DNA from: Histomonas meleagridis 2922-C6/04-290x
Taxonomy: Eukaryota; Protista; Parabasalia
Assembly (NCBI GenBank): GCA_020184695.1
Contig: JAANOX010000280.1
Span: 620,001-684,000, forward strand
Length of the DNA stretch: 64,000 bases
Reading direction: 5' to 3'
The notes below the pieces were generated by a model. It saw only the letters and a program-made list of their open reading frames with translations. It was not told where the DNA came from and did not search any database. This document shows, in pieces, positions 51,141 through 63,416 of the stretch. Each line of letters opens with the position of its first letter. The stretch's first letter is position 1. Made by a program: the position numbers and the translations under genes.

Positions 51141-52244
51141 TCATTTGTGCGCCTTATCCATTGCCTTTAACTTTTTATCTATTTTTTGTTGGAAAGCGCC
51201 GTCTACGTTTGCCTTTGTTTTCCTGAATGACTCCAACGCTGTTTTTCCGTACTGTACACCGATCTCATCGAATTGTCCTCCGATTCCGAATGCGACCTTT
51301 TGTCTGTTTGTTAGCTCCTCACCGATACCGAACTTCTTCTTGTTGGCTCTTTTCTGTCTTCCTCCGCGTGTTTTCTTGTTTTCCAATCCGGGCACAGGAA
51401 GCGGGCGAATATATTTCGGTGTCTTATTGTTCATCTTTTTGTCGAGGCGACTCGTAAGTTTCATTTTCACTTGTTCGCCATAAGAACCGTCAGCGTAATT
51501 TCCAGATGCATCGACGCGACTAACAAGTGCGACTTTATTACAGAGATCTCGGAATACAGAGTCTCGAAATTCGGGCGTTGTGTCTTGTACGACTTCGCAT
51601 TTATATAAAATGCCTTGGTAATTGTTGGTGCTTCGACTTGAGAAACCTTGAAGCCCGACTTTTTTGGAGCCAAACATCTTTATGTCGCACGCAGGTGTAC
51701 ACGAGAGCTGGCGAAGACCTCCTGCATAAGAAATAAGGTGCGCAGCTTTCTCAGATCCAACTAATGCACAGAGATTGGGTGCAAAATGTGATGCAACAGT
51801 GGTGGAAATGTTTGATAACTCATTGCTGATTTCAGATGATACAATTTGGAGATCACATGCTGCAAAAAATGAGGGATTTGTGATTTCAGGACCGAGATTT
51901 GTGGTGAGGCCTAAACTCAAAGAAACAATTTGTTGTTGTGTGAGATAGTTACAAATTTCTGTTTCTTCAATTTTGTCGTGATTAGCTAAAAATTTGGCAA
52001 CTCTGGCATAATTTTCAAAATCTGGTACGATAAGTTTAAGTTCAGGAAATCGAGATGAAAATGCAGAACATATAATTTGATGGAGTTTTTTCCTTTGCCT
52101 ATAAAGCTGAGATACTTTCTGAATGGTTAAAATTGCTGTATCGATATCTGTTGTATTATCATTTTGATATTTCTGAATTATCGTTTTAAGGGATTCAAGA
52201 TTCATTTCATTTTGTATTTGTTGTGTTTGCTGTTCGATTTCCAT
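51141..52244 (-). CDS. PRP31: U4/U6 snRNP protein Prp31
   Basis: YSSRFPEL-like FSSRFPELKLIV, APNLCALVG, AGGLRQLSCTPACDIKMFG, KVALVSRVD, KKTRGGRQKR. Confidence 0.88.
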   Translation of the reverse strand: MEIEQQTQQIQNEMNLESLKTIIQKYQNDNTTDIDTAILTIQKVSQLYRQRKKLHQIICSAFSSRFPELKLIVPDFENYARVAKFLANHDKIEETEICNYLTQQQIVSLSLGLTTNLGPEITNPSFFAACDLQIVSSEISNELSNISTTVASHFAPNLCALVGSEKAAHLISYAGGLRQLSCTPACDIKMFGSKKVGLQGFSSRSTNNYQGILYKCEVVQDTTPEFRDSVFRDLCNKVALVSRVDASGNYADGSYGEQVKMKLTSRLDKKMNNKTPKYIRPLPVPGLENKKTRGGRQKRANKKKFGIGEELTNRQKVAFGIGGQFDEIGVQYGKTALESFRKTKANVDGAFQQKIDKKLKAMDKAHK

Positions 52245-52339
52245 CCCAAATTAAGTTAATTGGTTGCTTAAACGGCCGAATTTGGGGTGTGCCAAATAAA
52301 CCGTTTGTCAACGGTTTGAGTTGGCCGTCCTTTTTTGAA

Positions 52340-52516
52340 ATGGCTAAGAGAAGCAATACATCTGCTCACAACAGAAGTCACCAATGGCACCGCAATGGTA
52401 TCAAAAAGGCCAGGAATGTTCAACTTTGGTTCACAAAGGGAATGAACAGCAAATTCCTTCGTAATGTTAAGCGTGCCAAAGCTGGTTTAAACAAGAAGAA
52501 GGAAAACAAAGAGTGA
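52340..52516 (+). CDS. RPL29: 60S ribosomal protein L29 (eL29)
   Basis: MAKRSNTSAHNRSHQWHRNGIKK..KGMNSKFLRN; ATG at 52340. Confidence 0.93.
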   Translation: MAKRSNTSAHNRSHQWHRNGIKKARNVQLWFTKGMNSKFLRNVKRAKAGLNKKKENKE

Positions 52517-52690
52517 ATTTCTTGAGTGACATAAACATCCCTTTTTTAGCAATTTCTTTTTTTTTTAAGTAATATTTATACATTTTCATATCATTAATAT
52601 TTTCAACATCTTTACGTGTCGCAAAAAATAAGGTATTGCTTCGCTATGGTTTATGTTTTTTATGGACAAAGAATGCCTTGGTTATTGGAA

Positions 52691-53934
52691 ATGGAGGAAC
52701 AAAAGTTGAAAAGTTTTTTCGTCCGTTAATTGCAAGTTCAGATTTGAGCAGTGAGCAAAATCTTTCACCTGTACCTCATTTAAATCCCAAACATTTGACA
52801 TTGCCTCACTCAACCCTATCTAATCAAGATTTTAATTATCATCGTATTGGAAATGATACTGATCATAAAATTACAAGATCCAAATCTTCAATTAGAAGTC
52901 TTTTTCAAGCATACAATGGAATTCATCAGCTTTTAAAAGATCTTGAATTTTCTACTTCAATGTCATTGATTCCTGAGCAGACTGAATCAAAATTTGAACA
53001 TATGTCTCCAATTCAACTTGAGTTACTCCTTAGAACCGCAATCAAAAAGATCATTAAAAAGTATAACAACTTACCTCAACAAATTGAATCTGACTTTCAA
53101 ATCAAAGTTACAAATTATTGTGAAGAAGTTGCTCAAATTGACCAAAAGATCAAAGACATTCAACTTGAACGTAAGCAAGTTGAAGAAGCCAATCAAAAGT
53201 TATCACAAATAATAGAAACCGAACAAATATCCAAAAATAATATGTTATCCACCATAAATGAATTAGATTCTCAAATTAAAGAGCTTAGGCAACAACAGTT
53301 ACATGAAACGGCACAACTCAATAGTCAAATTCAACAAGTTCAACAAAACATTCGAAAGATCAAAGCACAAACGACAATTAAACAACAAAAAAATGCGCAA
53401 AAAACGCGTGAAATCAATAAGCCGATTCCGAAAAAGTATATAAATATGTCCAAAGAAGATAAAGAACTTAAGAAAGAGATAAAAAATCTACAAATTCTTC
53501 TTGAAAAAGAACGAAGCGAACATAATTTTACCAAAGAAGAACTCACTTTCACTAACAATGAAGTTGAACAAGCCAAAGAAATAATAAACACATTAAAACA
53601 TTGTCGTAGTAAACAAAACATTAATTCAACAAGAAACATTAATAAGGAATTACGAAATTATATTGAGAAACAAAGAAAAGATTTTGAAGCAGAACTAAAT
53701 GCGCAAATAAAGAAAAACAAAGAGTTAGAAAAGCAAAAAGCGAATCTCGAAGAAGAAGAGACAAATTTACAGAACTATTTGCAAAGTGTTCTGAGAAAAA
53801 TTAATGCTCAGTCGCAAAAGTTGCCAACATTGGCTTCTATACAATTGTATTACGAGAACGAAAGAAAAGAAGAAAATTCACATCGAAAAAGCCAAAAGGA
53901 CACGCAAAAATTGTTAAACAATTATACAAAATGA
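52691..53934 (+). CDS. Coiled-coil protein, probable 1-nt indel near the start
   Basis: Long open frame lacks an early ATG. ATG 52691 (MEEQKLKSFF) joins it if one base is added in the T-run near 52713-52718. Confidence 0.65.
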
Positions 53935-54383
53935 TTTGGCTAACAAGAAAAGTGGTAATTGCACTAGATAAAAAATTGTTGAATTATGAAAAATAAAGTA
54001 TAAATATTATATTATGTGCTTGATAAGATTTATGATGAAAATCAGAATGAAAAACTAAACGCATTAATCAGCATATATTATTTTCATGTTTTCCCATAAT
54101 ATAATTTTTATTATATATGATAAATTTAGAAATTTGTAGAAAAGTAAATTTTTTTAATTTATTTTTATTATTATTTATATATGTAAATTTGTAGAAAAGT
54201 AAATGTTTAAAGTCAATTCTAGTAAATTTTTAATATCAATTATAGAAAATAATATATAAAATTCATTTGCAATAAATCAGTATTTTAATCAATGCATAAA
54301 ATTTTTATTTGATATTTATTTTGATTTTCAATATAAATCTCAATTGATTCTCTTTTTTCTGACAATATTTTGATTATTTTGCA

Positions 54384-54788
54384 TTAATGATCAATTAATG
54401 CATTCATTTTATTATCTAAAATCAAATTCAAATTTATTTTTTTGCATTCTTCGATACCAGAATGTAATGATCGAGTTATATAGGAAATTTCTAACTGATC
54501 AAAAGGGAAACAGAATTCTATTATGGCGTATTCAAGTACAAATTTTCTTATTTTTTCTAATATTTCATTAAATAAATCATCTTTATATATTCTTTTTACC
54601 TCTTCTTTCTTTTTATTGAATAAAACAATATCTCTTCGATCATATGCTTCAGATATATTATAAATTGAATTAAATAAAGGATGAGAAGAAAATCTTTGAA
54701 TTTCTGGTATTAAAAAAATTACACTTATCGTGTGCCCACATAATCGATAAGGCAAAATATGATAATGCTTGAATATTTGGCTTTCCAT
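54384..54788 (-). pseudogene. PCI-domain fragment (Rpn6/CSN2-like C-terminus)
   Basis: EAYDRRDIVLFN...LEYAIIEFCFPFDQLEISYIT..LILDNKMNALIDH resembles a PCI winged helix; ends early and has no N-terminal solenoid. Confidence 0.55.
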
Positions 54789-54835
54789 TATTTTGAAATA
54801 TAGTATATAATTACTTAAATTTCATAGCAGCTTCT

Positions 54836-56400
54836 TTAGGTTTTTTCTTTCAACAAAGTAATTCCTTCTTTTTTTAAAAGTTCACAAATATTCTCTTCAG
54901 AAGCTTTATTATGACACTTTTCTCCCATAGATATCATTGTTTTTTTCTTCTTTGAAGGTTTAAAACTCATGCCTACATTAGAAGCTGGAACTGTTACTCT
55001 TGCTCCACCATGTGGTGGTATTTGTTTTACTGAGTTTAAAAATTGTTCTGTCGATTTGATAACTCTTTCATCATTTCCAGCAATTCTTGAGGCAATTCCT
55101 TCAAATAAAGACATCGTACTGGTAAATGATATTTTGCATTTCTGTGTGTTGGTTTCTTCTGAATTATAAATCAAAAGAAGTTCTGGTATGTCAGCATTAT
55201 TCATTAAATTAATATTGTTATTCTTGTGCTTATAATTTACATAAACATGGAATACCAAATTCTGTCAAATGATAATAGCTACAATTATCTATAATTTTGT
55301 TAGTTTTATCTATTTCTTTTGCATCAAATAGCATACAAACATCTTTTAATTGATTCATTTCTTCATTTATATTTTCAATTGCTATTGTTCCTAATGAATT
55401 CACTTCACATTTTTCTATAATAGTTTTACCAGTTTTTCTAACTTTTGCAAAATGATTTTCCTTTTGCATTTCCGCCCAAATATCAAAAGATTCAAGAACA
55501 AGCAGAAGTTCTAAAATTTTATGATACATTAATTCCTTTTTGTTATCAAATGGACCTTAAATAAAATTGGTGGTTTAGATACCAAGAAGCTTGAAATCTT
55601 TTAATTTTCCCGGACTACATGCATTAATATCATCAATTAATAATTTTTAATGTTGATTTGGCTCTTTCTCTAATTTTGCGTCAATAATTTCAATAAATTG
55701 TTATTCTGAAATTTTAGAATGAATGAAATCATCAAAAGAACTTAAAATCCACCTTGAGTTATTTTTATATTTTCTCTAATATGCCTCTAACAAAATACTA
55801 TTTTTGCTTTGGTTATTTCATAGAATGCGTTTGCCTGACATCTGTATCTATCCATTACTCCAACACTTACGCTTTTGGTGTATTTTAATATATCTTCATA
55901 AATTGTTTTAAATGATTCTTCTGTTCGATCTGAAATGCATGAAAATCCTAATATTAATGGACTTTTAAATTCATCCACGATTAAGATGGGTACAATATGC
56001 ATTTCCTGGAAATTTGTGTACGAGATATCATCCATTATCCATATATCTATTGATAACTTTTCGAGAGTTTCATCTAAAGAAATTTTGTTTCTTTCTTCTA
56101 ATAAAGTTTTTCTACTAATGTTATAAAATTGAATTGGATTAATCATAACATTAAGTTTAATCCTCGTCATACCAGGACTTAATCCTATTTTTCGTAACCC
56201 AATAATTTCATCACGAGTTTCTTTCGATAATAATTTTAATTTTCCATAGATTCTTTCATCTAGGGTATGATTATGTAACCAAAGGCCCTTATGAAATTTA
56301 ATATTTTTATTTGTTCCTTTTAATATTAAAATAAGATTCGCAACAATAATTACCCTTATAAAGGGAGCAAATCAAATGTAGTTTTCGTTTCCCGTTTCTG
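54836..56400 (-). mobile_element. Degenerate Mutator-like (MULE) transposase
   Basis: LHNHTL (N-terminal HxH), IMDDISYTN..VPILIVDEF..ILGFSCISDRTEESF..VMDRYRCQANA..KIVFC (MULE DDE core), CSYYHLTEFGIPC (SWIM-like). Broken by stops and frameshifts; no TIRs identified. Confidence 0.8.
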
Positions 56401-56589
56401 TTAATTGAACTTCGAACAATATAAGGACACCTGATTTTATCGATTAAAAAAAGTAGCTTTTAACGAGCTTATCGATTTTATATTGAGATTCAAACCGTGG
56501 GCCAGCCCTACTTTGATTCATGTTTGGATTTGGAATGGGAACAGGAGGCAATGGCATGCCTATGGGCATGAATGCAGGACCAACGTTAA

Positions 56590-57376
56590 TGCAAAATATA
56601 TTCATTAGAATGCAAAACATGCAACAAGAAAATATCTGAGAACTGTGCAAAGCACTGTCATAATGGACATGATGTTGTTTTTTATTGTAAGGAAGATACT
56701 TATGAATGTGATGTGATAACCAACAAAAATGCTCTCCTTTTGATCACGAGAAAAATGAATCACACGCTGTTCATGAAACAGAAGTTCCACCATGCTTAGA
56801 ATTTGATTCACTTCACTTTCTCACTATTGAAGAAGCATGTAAAAGTCAGAAAAGTCCCAAGAACAATTAATATTAGCTTACAAAGAATGATCTTGATACA
56901 CAGTTGTTGCATTTGAAAAAGACTTAAAGATGGTTGATTCTGTTTCGTTTAGGAAATCAAATGCGTTCAATGGTGCCCTTCATCATTGTGGTGATAATCA
57001 AGTTGGTAATAGTTCAACTGATAAAGATGCTGAAGTTATTAGAATTGAACTTGCACGAATTCCATCGAATGTTAGATCACATGCAATATCAATTACAGCA
57101 TTCCGTGGTCTTCCATTCACTGCTGTGCGCAAAGCTTTGAAAATTACTGATTTTTCTGATAATTATGAAATATTATACTTGGATTTATCAGCAAAGGAAA
57201 ATAAGACTGCACTTTTCTTTGCACTTCTATATTGTGGTGATGATGGAAAATGGAAATTAATTCCTACAACAAAATACTTTGATACTAAAACTCCTGAACA
57301 ATCATTTGGATTTACAAGGAGTTGGATGCTTCAAGATAACTTCATTGAGAAGATGCATGTTTATTTAGCTAAATAA
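56590..57376 (+). pseudogene. UBR-box-like zinc finger + TerD-domain gene, disrupted
   Basis: CKTCNKKISENCAKHCHNGHDV then, after frameshift and stops, NDLDTVVAF..DSVSF..GALHHCGDNQVG..DAEVIRIELARIP..AISITAF..GKWK (TerD-like). Confidence 0.7.
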
Positions 57377-57615
57377 AGTTTTCGTTTCTGATTTTTGTTC
57401 TATTTTGTATAGATTATAAAAAACATAAATTTATATATAAATTAAATCTTATGGTTAGGAAAAATGAAGAATGTTTATATCAACTCTTGTTTCGATATTT
57501 TTTTCAATTTTTGGTGAAGATAATGATTTGGTGTCAGTCGGAAAATTTTATTAAGATCATTAAAAAAAAATTTTGTTTAATATAGTGCTATCATTTAATT
57601 TTTAAAATGTAAATG

Positions 57616-59037
57616 TTAAATCTGATAAAACCCATTGTTGTTTGCACCTTTTTCCCTAAGCAATTGCTTTATTTCTCTGAAGCCTAACTGTTGAGCAATT
57701 TCAATGTGAAGTGCTGTTTCAAATTATTAAAACATATTCCAAATTATTAAAACATATATCAAATTATTAAAACATATTTTAAATTATTAAAACATATTTT
57801 AAATTATTAAAATGAATAGTTTTTGCATTAATATCAATTCCTTTATCGAAAAGTAATTTTACAATTTCTATATTTCCTGATTCAACTGAATATGTTAAAA
57901 TTGTATTTGGAATTTGTTGATTTTCTATTACACTTTTTATTATAAATGTATTTCCTTTTGACGCTATATTTTCTATGATTTCATTATTTATTTTCATTCC
58001 TTCTTTTTCTAAAAACGAGAAGATCTCATAATTATTGAATTATATACATTTTTTTCCAAGATAAATTAAATTTTCTTCACTTAAATTACATTTACCTTGG
58101 TTTTCGATATTGGAATCCAATTTCGTAAAAGAAAGGAATGAAGATGAATTTTGGAAAGAAAACATTGAAGATGAATTTTTTCTGTCATTGGAAATTTTTC
58201 CAATTTTATTTTCATAAAGATAACGAAAAATATCATTTCGATGAAATTCGATCGCTGTTTCATATGCGTTTTCAAATGATGAATTGTTTTGTTCACATAA
58301 ATGAATAATTTCTAAGTTTCCACCTGCAATTGCATATTTAGATGTATTTTTGATATTCGAATTATTTAATAATAATATTTAAAACATTTAATCGAACCAA
58401 AAAATGCGCAATAATCAATTAATGAAACATTTTCAGTATTAATAAATGAACATCTTTCATAAAGTGATGGTTTAATTTTTTGATTAAAGTCAAACTCATT
58501 ATGTGACGATATTTCTTGAAGCTTTTCTAAATCATCATTTCGAAGTACTTTCGCAATTTCTAATGGATTAACTCCTTCTTTTACATATAGCATATGAAGT
58601 TTCCAATCATCTTTTGATAATTCATTAAGTGCTAGACATTTGTTTATTAATTTAATTTTTGTTTCTTTTGTTTTAAATTTAGAAAAATATAATGTGTTTA
58701 TGTTCTTTACTGAAGATGGTTCAAGTATTTCTTCTTCGATCTTTTCAAGAAGGAAATATGATTCTTGCTTTTTTATCCCAAGTAAATATTTACAAAATAT
58801 TTGAACAAGATTCGCTTCAGTTTTACTTTTTGCTTTTAATGTAAATAAATATTTAATATATGTATTAGCATTATGAGTTTGAGAAACAAATGCTGAAAAT
58901 ATAAGGGTGGAAACAAGAGAGTTAAATGTATATGGTAGCTTATCAACAAATAAATTAATTGTTGCTTGAACTGATGTTTCGAAATTTTTTTCGTTGAGAT
59001 TGAAGACAATGGATTCTAATGATTTCGAGAGTTCCAT
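57616..59037 (-). pseudogene. DUF3447-type ankyrin gene with one frameshift, one internal TAA and a 5-unit insert spacer
   Basis: ATG 59037; 1-nt deletion at KCFKY(L); then KYAIAGGNLEIIHLCEQ; TAA in CI*FNN; TILTYSVESGNIEIVKLLFDKGIDINAKT, 100-nt spacer, TALHIEIAQ...FYQI* (stop 57618-57616). Confidence 0.8.
57718..57817 (-). repeat. 5 x 20-nt units: 17-nt insert + single codon (K,K,D,G,E)
   Basis: Minus strand: ATTCATTTTAATAATTT-AAA, then ATATGTTTTAATAATTT x4 followed by AAA, GAT, GGA, GAA. Confidence 0.92.
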
Positions 59038-59484
59038 TAACGAAATTATGTTTCATGTAAAGTTTGACAATCTTAATATACTATTTCTTATAAAAAATAA
59101 GAAAGATGCACTTGAGTTTATTGTAAAATATTGGGATCAATCTCTGGAAGTTATGGCAAGATATGTTGTCGAGATCAAAAAATAAACGTGAAGTGACATG
59201 AAATTATGATAAACCATTCAATAATTAAATTAACGTGCATACTTCACTAAAATTTTCAGGTGTCTGGGGCATGATAATTTTGTGGTTGAGGTTATTTTCA
59301 AAATGAGAATGTTTGTTCGAATACAGCTTGTAAATTAATATCATAAATTTTTTTTAAGAGGAAAGATATCATGATCAAACACATCATAATATCAAAAACG
59401 AATTCATGCAATTAAATTTGTTTAAAAAAACTTTCGGTCGTTTTTCAATTAAATCAAAATGATGTTTTCAACAAAGCGGCTTTA

Positions 59485-60108
59485 ATGATATTTCGGACTA
59501 ACGTTTCAATGGGATTCCAACAAAACATTTATGAAGTTGCTTTATTCTGCGTGAAGAATCTCGAAAGTTCTTTTATTTATGTGATGAAGCAGTCGTTTAA
59601 ATCGCTGTCAAAATTAATTCAATACACGAACGAAATTCAAAACGTTATTCAGATCGTCATTCAAAATATTGTGGGATATTTGAATGACGATAGGTCAAAG
59701 AAGGAGTCTTATGAAAAAGTGACAGATAATGCTGTAGTTGCTTTAACCTATTCGTTTATTAAATACCCAAATTACCAACAAAATGATTTGCTTCATTTAT
59801 GGTTGGTGAACTTACCAGTATATAATGGTGATGGAAAAATGGTTCATAAGGTTTTTGCGGATCTTTTGAAATCAAATATGATGTTTTTCTTGCACGATGA
59901 AAACGTAGAATCAACAATAGAAATAATTGCGACATTATGTAGAAGTACTTGGATTAATGAAGAAACAAGAAATTGTTTTTGGGAATTTTGCAAATTTGTG
60001 TTTGGTCATGAACCAAAATTAGAGAGTGTATACAAGGCTGCAGATAGCCTTAGTGATGCGCGCAAAAATCGTCTCTTTGATTTCTTGAAAACCTATAAAT
60101 CTATGTAA
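59485..60108 (+). CDS. Importin-beta family (importin-5-like) C-terminal fragment, possibly a truncated gene
   Basis: DNAVVAL...LLHLWLVNLPV..VHKVFADLLKSN resembles the last HEAT repeats of importin-5/Kap121; only 207 aa. Confidence 0.45.
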   Translation: MIFRTNVSMGFQQNIYEVALFCVKNLESSFIYVMKQSFKSLSKLIQYTNEIQNVIQIVIQNIVGYLNDDRSKKESYEKVTDNAVVALTYSFIKYPNYQQNDLLHLWLVNLPVYNGDGKMVHKVFADLLKSNMMFFLHDENVESTIEIIATLCRSTWINEETRNCFWEFCKFVFGHEPKLESVYKAADSLSDARKNRLFDFLKTYKSM

Positions 60109-60487
60109 TTAAATAGATATTTAAAACAAAAACAATATTAGCAAAGAAAAAATAAATAATTTTGTTGCAACACTAATTTCCAAGATTGATAAATAGCTCG
60201 ATCCTCATTAACCAAAAATACGTATGTCGAACTCACCATTGGCAAATTATAACAGTGATATTCAACAGAAACAGGGTATATAAAATTTATATCATTGATT
60301 TTTTTTTCTTAACCCACACAAAGCTTATATTAATAATTTTTAAAAAGATTTAAGTAATACTTCCCTTTAATTATGTTTTAGAGAACTCTTCATTTTATTT
60401 TAAAGGTTTCATTACATCAATTTGATGATATTATTTACTGTTGTTGTCTTTTTCTTCTTTGATATCTAAAAATATTATGAATGATTA

Positions 60488-61810
60488 TTAAAATAAAATT
60501 AAGAATAACAAAGAAATAATACTTGCACCAAAAGCAAGTGTAACAGTTTTTGAACCAGATCTTAATGGAAATGAATTTGATGTAATATTTGAGTTCGTGA
60601 TTGAATTAGAATATATATTAGAATTCGTGATTGAATTAGAATATATATTTGAATTCGTATATGATACAGAAGATGTATTTGCTGTTGTAAACACATTCGA
60701 TTGTGTAAAAGAGTTTGATTGTGTAAATGTATGTGTTGGCCATGGATTGCAATTTTCGATTGTTGTTCCTTTTGATACATTAAATTTCCCAAATTTTGTT
60801 GAATTATATGAATCCAATGTCATCACACATTTGACAGGACAATTACCAAATGCATTATCAATAACTTTAGGTTCTGAGTGGCCATAATAATAAAGACAAG
60901 TTAGAGATTTACAATTGTAAAATGCATATTCCTCAATTAAAACCACATTTTCACCTATAATAACAACTGATAAATTAAAACAACTATCAAAAATAGCTGG
61001 ACTGATAATAGCTAATGAACTTGGTAATTCGATATTTTTAAGAGAAAAACAAGAGTGAAATGCTTGATGACCAATTTCCGTTAATTTATTTCCAAAAATT
61101 ACATTTGATAATTTAGTGCATTGCAAGAAACAAAGGAATTTAATTGTAGAAAGTGAATTTGGTAATTTAATTCTTTCAAGCGAAAAACAATAAGCAAATG
61201 AAGAATCCCAAATTTCGGTCAATTTTTCATTTAAATTTACCGCTGATAAATCATAACAAGAATGAAATGCAGAATGGTTAATTATAGTTAACTTTTCTCC
61301 CAAAATAATGCGTGAAAGTTTATCACAATAAGAAAATGCAAACGAACCAATAATAGTTACAGAATTTGATAAATTAATACTTTTTAGTGATGAACATTGA
61401 TAAAATGATTTCCGACTGATTTCAATTAAATTTTCATTAAAAATAACTTTGGATAATTTAGTACAACTATAAAATCCACTCTCTGAAATTGTGGTAACAT
61501 TTTCACCAAAAGTAACATTTGATAAATTTTTGCAACTATCAAATGCTTGATTGCCAATCACAGTTACTGAGTTACCAATTTTAACAGATGCTAGATTACT
61601 CCAATCTTTAAATGCATAATTTGGTATTTTCGTAATTTCACCCCTCTATAATTAAAAAAATAAAGTTTCTTTTTTTCATATTTTTGCACTTTCAAAATCT
61701 TCTTGTGTTTTTTTAATGTAAGTGTTTTTTTGTTTTATTATCAAATATTTCAAATGCTTGAATTGTAAAAAAATATAAAACATAAAAGAAATCATTCTCA
61801 TTAGTATGAA
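60488..61810 (-). CDS. BspA-like LRR surface protein with frameshifted 5' and 3' ends
   Basis: About 10 TpLRR repeats (VTVIGNQAFDSCKNL etc.), WPTHTFTQSNSF stalk, hydrophobic end. Signal region (FTIQAFEIFD, GEITKIPNYAF) and a tail (RYQRRKD) lie in other frames across homopolymer runs. Confidence 0.8.
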
Positions 61811-62499
61811 AAATAAAATAACAATGGTCATTACTTGTGTATGAAAAACGAGACACAAAACTAAATTAAATATTACAAGACATTGTCTAAATATTAGTTT
61901 TTTTGAAGACCTTATTGCACATATGTGAACGAAAGCCACTTTTACACAACCCAATCGACAAAAAAAGTTATTATTTTTTTATATATATTGTGTCCTATTC
62001 TCTATCCGGTCGTTTGAAATTAGATCAAACAAATTTATTTCTTATTCTTATTCTCATAATTCGATATAAGTATTTGACAGAGATTAAGAATAATAGCAAA
62101 GGATATTTTTTTAAATCTTTATATAAAAAAAACTCTTATATAGAGATTTGACACTTAAAAATTAAAAAAAATATATCTTCCTATAAAATTGGTTTATAAA
62201 CAAATTTTTTGTGTTTTATATATTATTGAAAAATCATACTCATAATATTATTAATAATGATTTAACTATTAATGGTAGTCTTGTAACAAATCGTATTAAC
62301 GGGTATTATATAAAATGCGGCAAAACGATAAAAATGTATAATTTTCTCATATATCTCTCGTTACATATATAATTAGTGGCCAGTCTCCATGAGCTCCCAA
62401 AGCAAATCCAAAATATGATGTACTGACAAATTTAGAATAATCAAAATTATATTATCAGATATCAGATATATAAAAAAACTTGAAAAAAAGCCAAAATTT

Positions 62500-63416
62500 A
62501 TTATTAATAAAAAAAGACCCTCTTTCACAGCATATTGTTTTTCAACACATTCAGGGATGAAAATAAAAAAAAAAATGTTTATTGAAGTCAAATTTGGTAA
62601 ATTGACCAAGATTCACTTATTGTATCAGGGCTATTGTGTTCTCAAGCATTGCATTGAGAAGAATTTTCATATGTTTCGAAATTGTTTTTGTTTCATCCAT
62701 CCTGATGAGTTATGGGATGACATGTGGTATGAAATGTCACCAATCTGTGTTATTTGAACCAAGTTAGTCGTTGCTTTAGCTATACGAAACAATGAAAGCT
62801 TGGTGCCTGCAAATATAACTGAGGCCATCACAGAGATCATAGTTTTTTCTGAATCAAGAACAATGATATTAACAGCATCTGATTAAATATCTGCCCATGT
62901 CTTTATGGAATAAGGCAGTATATGCCATGGCGTTTCATCACCGTTTATGATTCGATCAGCTGGTTTAGTTTCGATCAGGTTTCTCACGGTTTTCATCCAA
63001 ACATCAAATGAAAATTTCTGCTGCTACCCCTGTTACGTTTTTTAAGATCAGATACAAAGTTTGGACTGAACATCACATCTGGGATGCAAGATAAATAAAG
63101 TCTTGATTTTGTAATTACAGTATATCTTGTTGAATAAAATTCGTCTTGATAAAATCTTAAATTGATTTTTCTTCATTATCCGTGAAGACTTTATGATAAG
63201 CTGTATGAACAGACACAACATATGGTATCCATTCCTTATCCATTTCCCAATTGTGGTACCTTCCACAGATTCAGGAATGTTATACTGTTTTGATAATCGA
63301 AGAATTGTTCCTCTGGTTTTGTTGGGAAAATGTTCAAAAATCTTACTACATAATTCTTTGCGCCTATAATAATCCCTGTGTAGAGACTTAAAAAATAGAA
63401 TATTTTGGGGTTTCAA
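62500..63416 (-). mobile_element. pogo/Tigger-type (DDE_1) transposase pseudogene
   Basis: N-terminal RLSKQYNIPES..TIGKWIR (HTH-like); IINGDETPWHILP..TWA, ISVMASV..GTKLSLFRIAK, SHNSSGWM; internal stops. Confidence 0.8.

Noticed and set aside
57718-57817. CRISPR array
   Set aside because: Eukaryotic context, 3-nt spacers, no cas genes; it sits in frame within an ankyrin gene.
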